NCBI GenBank assembly: GCA_029717555.1
Contig: JAMDHS010000133.1
Span: 1-38,648 of the forward strand
Direction: 5' to 3'
Source: Peribolospora baueri
Lineage: Eukaryota
Length of the DNA: 38,648 nucleotides
Shown piece after piece: positions 34,441-38,648 of this stretch. Each line of letters starts with the position of its first letter. Position 1 is the first letter of the stretch. The position numbers and the translations under genes were made by a program. The notes below the pieces were generated by a model, which was not told where the DNA came from, did no database searches, and was given only the letters and a program-made list of their open reading frames with translations.

Positions 34441-37178
34441 GTTCGTGTTCAAAACCTTTTACAACCCCATCTGGGATGGAGTCGATTTGCGTCCCGTCTG
34501 GGACCTTTACCTCTCCCAATGGGTTGATCTCGGGTTCGTCCCTCAGGGCACTCGGATCATCAATTGTAAAAGGAAGACACGTAGCCTCGGTGACCTTTTG
34601 AACGCGTCAAACAAGAGATCTATCCAGGGAGAGTCGCGTTAAACGCGTGCAGTTGGATTACGACCCTAATCCTAATGAACTAGGCACGCGACCTACCGCA
34701 GGTACGTCACCTGACCAATCAGGTGACACGGCTCCCGCGTCTATCCCGACGTGACGTGACCCGATATTTCCACGATGAAATTTTTTCGCGACCGCCACAA
34801 GGGAGAGAGCTGATCGTTGCTACCTGACGAGCCCTCGGGCGAAACAGCAAAAGCTTTCTGTCACAGCTTGCTCTTTCTTCTCGACGGCTTGGTTTTTTGG
34901 TCCAGCTACTTCATGGCCACCCCCAAGTTGACATCCAAAAGCCAACCCCCAGCCCTCTCCCACCCCTTTCCACCCCTCCGGTGAAAAATGACCCACCCCA
35001 CCCCCGCCACCCAACGCCGCAATAAACGTCTCGCAGTCGACCCCTTAAGGGAGGAAGACCTGGTGAACAGCCTAGCTGTATCCCAGTTAGAGACACCCCT
35101 CTCCTTCCTTGAAACCTACAAGGAGCACGTTGCTGTCTACACCAGCAACGCGTCGAGGGCCTTTCGCGCAGAGGCTGGCGTGGCCGAGCTGGAAACAGCA
35201 AAAGCCACTGGGGTTTACCCCCCAGCGATCGCCAACGCAGTCAAACTGCCTCCTTTTCAAGTTTCAGACTTTGCTCGAGCCCAAATAAGGGAAGACATCG
35301 TTACTGGAACCTCTGAAAGACATCGTTACTGGAACCTCTGAAATGGAGCAAGCGGCTCAGACTTGCCAAACTGCTCTTCTCAACCAACTCATTTGGGTCA
35401 GACAAAGGGAGCTCGAGCTCCTCACTCGTCTCCAAAAGGAAGAGAGAGTAGTACCGCAGAGTAGTACCGCAGCTGGCCCGTAGCCTTCGCGAGAAAGCGG
35501 CCTCCTTAACCGCTATGGCTAAAGTTCTCCCAGGCGTCTATGAACCCCATATCAGGACTCTCTGCGGGCGCTTCCGTAGCTCTCTAGATCAAATCCGCGT
35601 GAACTCCGCTTCCCGAGTCTCAGCGGCCTCTGATCGCAAAAAAGAGAAAAAGGAGGCCTTCCTACGCAGTCAACATGATGCTATCAATACTCATGACTCA
35701 ACGACTGTACAGGAAATGGTCAACGAGGCAGTGGAGAGGCGACTGCGCAGCAGTACCCTCCCTACCCCAGGACCTTCTAGAGCCACTACTAGTCGGCCAT
35801 CACTGCGTGTACCCAAACCCTCAGGACCTTCTAGGTTATCCAGGGACAAAAGGGACACAACAAAGCAGCAGAAGAAGAGCTCCTACGGCCAACGCGCCAA
35901 GAAGAAACGGCAGGACCCTAAAAAGTCATCCTCTTGGTATGTAGGCCCTCACTTTAACGTGAGAAAAATGGCTACATATCCTGACATCTTCTTTCGCGCT
36001 ACCCCCGCAGAACGCGCAAAGTTCGTATACCGGCAGTCGTCCCCTCTGTTTATTGACACCTTGTCAAAAACAATGAGGTACACAACATTGCCGGTAAACC
36101 TCTGTCACTCCAGGTCAAACGGACCCTAACCTTCAATATGAAGTTTATTCCGAAACCTAGAATGTCAGATAGCGAATGGACAACCTCTATTGAGGATTTC
36201 GAACGACGCGCTCGCTGGAGATGGTTTTTCCGTGATAAACCAGATCTTGAACCCTTCGTCCCAAGGCTCCACATTCCCAGCTAGACCCCCGCTCTTAAAC
36301 AAAGTCACCGTTTTGAGCACAGCCTCGCTGTTGGTCGTTCTGCGTTAATGACAGCGATTCACACCGCTGCCAGGAATCGTCCTCCGACGGCCCCAAACGT
36401 CGGTAAAAGGACTTGGACTGCCCTTCGTGAATTCCTATCAGATGAAGACACCTAGTGCTCCCCACTGATAAGAATCTCGGAATGGCCATCGTCTCCAAGA
36501 CATGGTACTTCAGCGAAGCGCAAAGGCAACTGAGCGATCGGTCCGTGTATGCCATCGCAAACCCTAACCCAAGGGCTTGGCAAGCTACCCTCCGACGCCT
36601 CACAGAGCTTTACCGGTCTTCCCTTTCCTCCCGAGAAAGGAAGTGGTTACTCTCCTCCGAGGACCTCTTGACCGGAAATGATCTACGCCTCCCGCAGTTC
36701 AAGCTGATTCCCAAGATCCATAAAAATCCCATCGCCGGACGCCCCATCGTCCCCAGATTTGACGCCTTTTGGTCAAGGGCATCTACATGGATCGACTATA
36801 AGCTGCAACCGCTTCTGCCGAGCTACCCCTGGATCCTCCGCGATTCCAAGGAATTTGTTAAAGGGATCATAAAGCTATCCGGACAAATTTCGCCGACACA
36901 GCGGCTCTGCCTTGTATCTGGCGACGTTGAAGCAATATATCCCTCCATTCCCCCGGAAGGGTTGCGAACACTACGCTCCGTCATCTCCAAGTCTAGGTAC
37001 GATCAAGGCATAAAGGATCTCATCCTTTCCTTGCTCACCCAAGTCCTCTGGAACAACTACTTCACTTCCTCTGGGGTCACCTACAAGCATCCGAGGAACA
37101 GCCATGGGGACGAGCTGCGCACCAGCGTACGCTAATCTCTTCATGGCTTGGCACGAGCAACAGCTCACCTCGGAGTGA
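34441..37178 (+). mobile_element. Decayed Penelope-like retroelement (Coprina/Athena-type) in partial-tandem arrangement, 3'-truncated
   Basis: A long ORF can be reconstructed from 34988 across several frameshifts. It shows the PLE motifs LTFNMKFIP, DFERRARWRWFF, LPTDKNLG, IPKIHK..IAGRPIV, SGDVEAIYPSIP (RT motif A) and GTAMGTSCAPAYANLFM (motif B'), and breaks before the YxDD motif. The upstream segment 34441-34642 (FVFKTFYNPIW...KRKTRSLGDLL) resembles a PLE ORF C-terminus, followed by a UTR with a hammerhead core. Confidence 0.88.
34817..34870 (+). ncRNA. Type I hammerhead ribozyme-like motif in the PLE UTR (stem I degenerate)
   Basis: CTGACGA (34824-30), stem II GCC-CTCG-GGC, GAAAC (34841-45), stem III ACAG/CTGT around the loop CAAAAGCTTT (contains the palindrome AAAGCTTT), and a GTC cleavage triplet ending at 34862. 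Stem I GCTAC/ACAGC has two mismatches next to the core. Confidence 0.65.
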
Positions 37179-37180
37179 AA

Positions 37181-37731
37181 ATGGGAGGAGATGATCTGTG
37201 CCTTCTAGCGATCGAGAGGCCGACTTCGGGCTCAAGTTCATCCTGGAGAGTGTGCATCGACGAGTTCGAGGAGAGGGACGGTCTGCTTTTTGCGAAGCGC
37301 TTCCGAAACATTGAGGCACACGAGAAGGGGGAGGTCCGGACGACGACCGGACTGTCTTGCCGCACTGTCTGGCCGAAGAGATCTCCCGCAAAGAGGCCGA
37401 CTACGCGGCGCGGACCAGCCCCTTGCTGATCGACGTCGTGCTTCCGCGCTTCATGGAACGGGACGAGTGGATCCAACTCAGCCACCAGCAAGGCTACGAC
37501 GTGGACTCGCACCGGGTGTGGAACAATGCCCAGTCTTTCCAGCGCGTCTCCAAGCCGGTCGAACTGGCAAACGGTGGGGAGGACATGGCCTTCTACCATT
37601 ATGGCTCCGACAACGAATATCGCAAGCTGCTGACAGCCGTTCGTGGTGATACTCGTCTCAACAGTCTCGCTTACGTCGGCGCGGCGGTGCAGTGGGTTGC
37701 ACGCACCCGCAGAATGTCGAATCGAACATGA
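37181..37731 (+). pseudogene. 3' fragment of an unidentified intronless protein-coding gene (one frameshift at ~37355)
   Basis: Protein-like translation ...WRVCIDEFEERDGLLFAKRFRNI...[shift]...LLIDVVLPRFMERDEW...MAFYHYGSDNEYRKLL...*. It abuts the broken RT. The family was not recognised. Confidence 0.4.
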
Positions 37732-37871
37732 TCTCATTTGTCAAGTCATAGTTAGTCATTGGAAACGATTGTCCCAGTCAATTAGGTAGAAACCGTATCG
37801 AGTCCCCTTCTCTCTCCAAGATATGTGTGTGGTCACGTGTAGAGAACTGTGGTTCGTAGTCCTAGACTGGG

Positions 37872-37880
37872 TATATATAT
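37872..37880 (+). promoter_or_regulatory. TATA-like element upstream of the terminal P-loop ORF
   Basis: TATATATAT is followed by a CT-rich tract and lies ~130 nt before the ATG at 38007, as is typical of fungal core promoters. Confidence 0.5.
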
Positions 37881-38006
37881 GACCCTTCGCCTCCTCTTCT
37901 TCCAGTTCCCTTCTTTGCCCTTTTCTTATCGCCCATCACCAACTCAGGCACACCTCTCAAGGCAAAGATCCACCTCCCCAGGCACACCGCCTAAGGCACA
38001 GCAAAG

Positions 38007-38648
38007 ATGCCCACGCAGCAGACGCCACACAAGCTCTTCATCCAGATGTCTGGTGCACCAGGTTCTGGGAAGAGCACGATAGCAAGACTTCTCGGACGCT
38101 CGATCGGCGGAGTGGTCATCGATCATGACGTCCTCCGATCCAGTCTTCTCGATTCCAACATTTCGTTCGACCAGGCGGCAAAACATTCTTACCAGCTTCA
38201 ATGGACGCTAGCCCAAGATGTCATGAAGCAAGGCCACAGCGTCATCATCGACAGCACCTGCAACTTCCCGGAGGTTCTTGACCAAGGGTCCGCATGTGCC
38301 AAACAACACGGCCACGCCTATTGGTATGTCGAGTGCAAGGTCCAAGACGTCGACCTGCTGGACCAACGGCTGCGCACTCGAGCTCCGATGACGAGCCAGC
38401 GAACTGGTGTCGACTGTCCTCCTGCTGCTGCTGCAGCACGTGGCGCTCGTGACGGCGAAGACTCTCGCGCTCTCTTCAAGAAGTGGATTGAGCACCCGTG
38501 CCGTCCAGAGGACAACGTTGTGATGGTTAGGGTTAGGGTTAGGGTTAGGGTTAGGGTTAGGGTTAGGGTTAGGGTTAGGGTTAGGGTTAGGGTTAGGGTT
38601 AGGGTTAGGGTTAGGGTTAGGGTTAGGGTTAGGGTTAGGGTTAGGGTT
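38007..38648 (+). CDS. AAA_33-type P-loop nucleotide/small-molecule kinase, C-terminally truncated and fused in frame to telomeric repeats (no stop codon)
   Basis: ATG at 38007, with an in-frame TAA upstream at 37992. Reads MPTQQTPHKLFIQMSGAPGSGKSTIARLLG (Walker A)...VIDHDVLRS...GHSVIIDSTCNF (Walker B)...YVECKV...LDQRLRTR (lid)...WIEHPCRPEDNVVM, then (VR)20V. There are 173 codons before the repeat. The ORF track omits it because it has no stop. Confidence 0.88.
   Translation, partial: MPTQQTPHKLFIQMSGAPGSGKSTIARLLGRSIGGVVIDHDVLRSSLLDSNISFDQAAKHSYQLQWTLAQDVMKQGHSVIIDSTCNFPEVLDQGSACAKQHGHAYWYVECKVQDVDLLDQRLRTRAPMTSQRTGVDCPPAAAAARGARDGEDSRALFKKWIEHPCRPEDNVVMVRVRVRVRVRVRVRVRVRVRVRVRVRVRVRVRVRVRVRVRV
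38525..38648 (+). repeat. Telomere (TTAGGG)n, chromosome end
   Basis: 20 perfect TTAGGG units from 38527 plus partial flanking units, running to the end of the window. Confidence 0.97.

Noticed and set aside
36455..37178. Telomerase reverse transcriptase (TERT) or LINE RT
   Set aside because: The DKN motif, PKIHK/GRPIV and GTAMG pattern are Penelope-type. No TERT T-motif or APE endonuclease is seen.

Overview
This window is the terminal 38.6 kb of a fungal chromosome arm, most likely a basidiomycete (inferred from the GC-rich, intron-dense genes, DUF6533-like membrane proteins and a Coprina-like retroelement). It ends in a (TTAGGG)n telomere on the + strand. From left to right it contains: (1) the 3' part of an F-BAR/SH3 cytokinesis gene (Hof1/Cdc15 family); (2) a patch of relics, including a Ty3/gypsy LTR with protease and a 5'-truncated intron-containing tRNA-Tyr; (3) a compact, apparently intact polyketide cluster with an SDR, a highly reducing PKS (KS-AT-DH-MT-ER0-KR-ACP-TE), a LovC-like trans-enoyl reductase, a DUF2306 membrane protein and a multi-TM receptor-like protein; (4) an interstitial telomere tract fused in frame to a truncated Prp24/SART3 RRM gene that carries a solo LTR with a 5-bp TSD; (5) a second, micro-exon-rich multi-TM gene; (6) a decayed Penelope-like (Coprina-type) retroelement with a hammerhead-ribozyme core, pointing towards the telomere; and (7) an intronless P-loop kinase ORF with no stop codon that runs in frame into the telomere as poly-(Val-Arg). 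The supplied ORF track misses this last ORF. All family assignments come from manual motif recognition, not database searches, and all exon boundaries are manual GT/GC-AG inferences.
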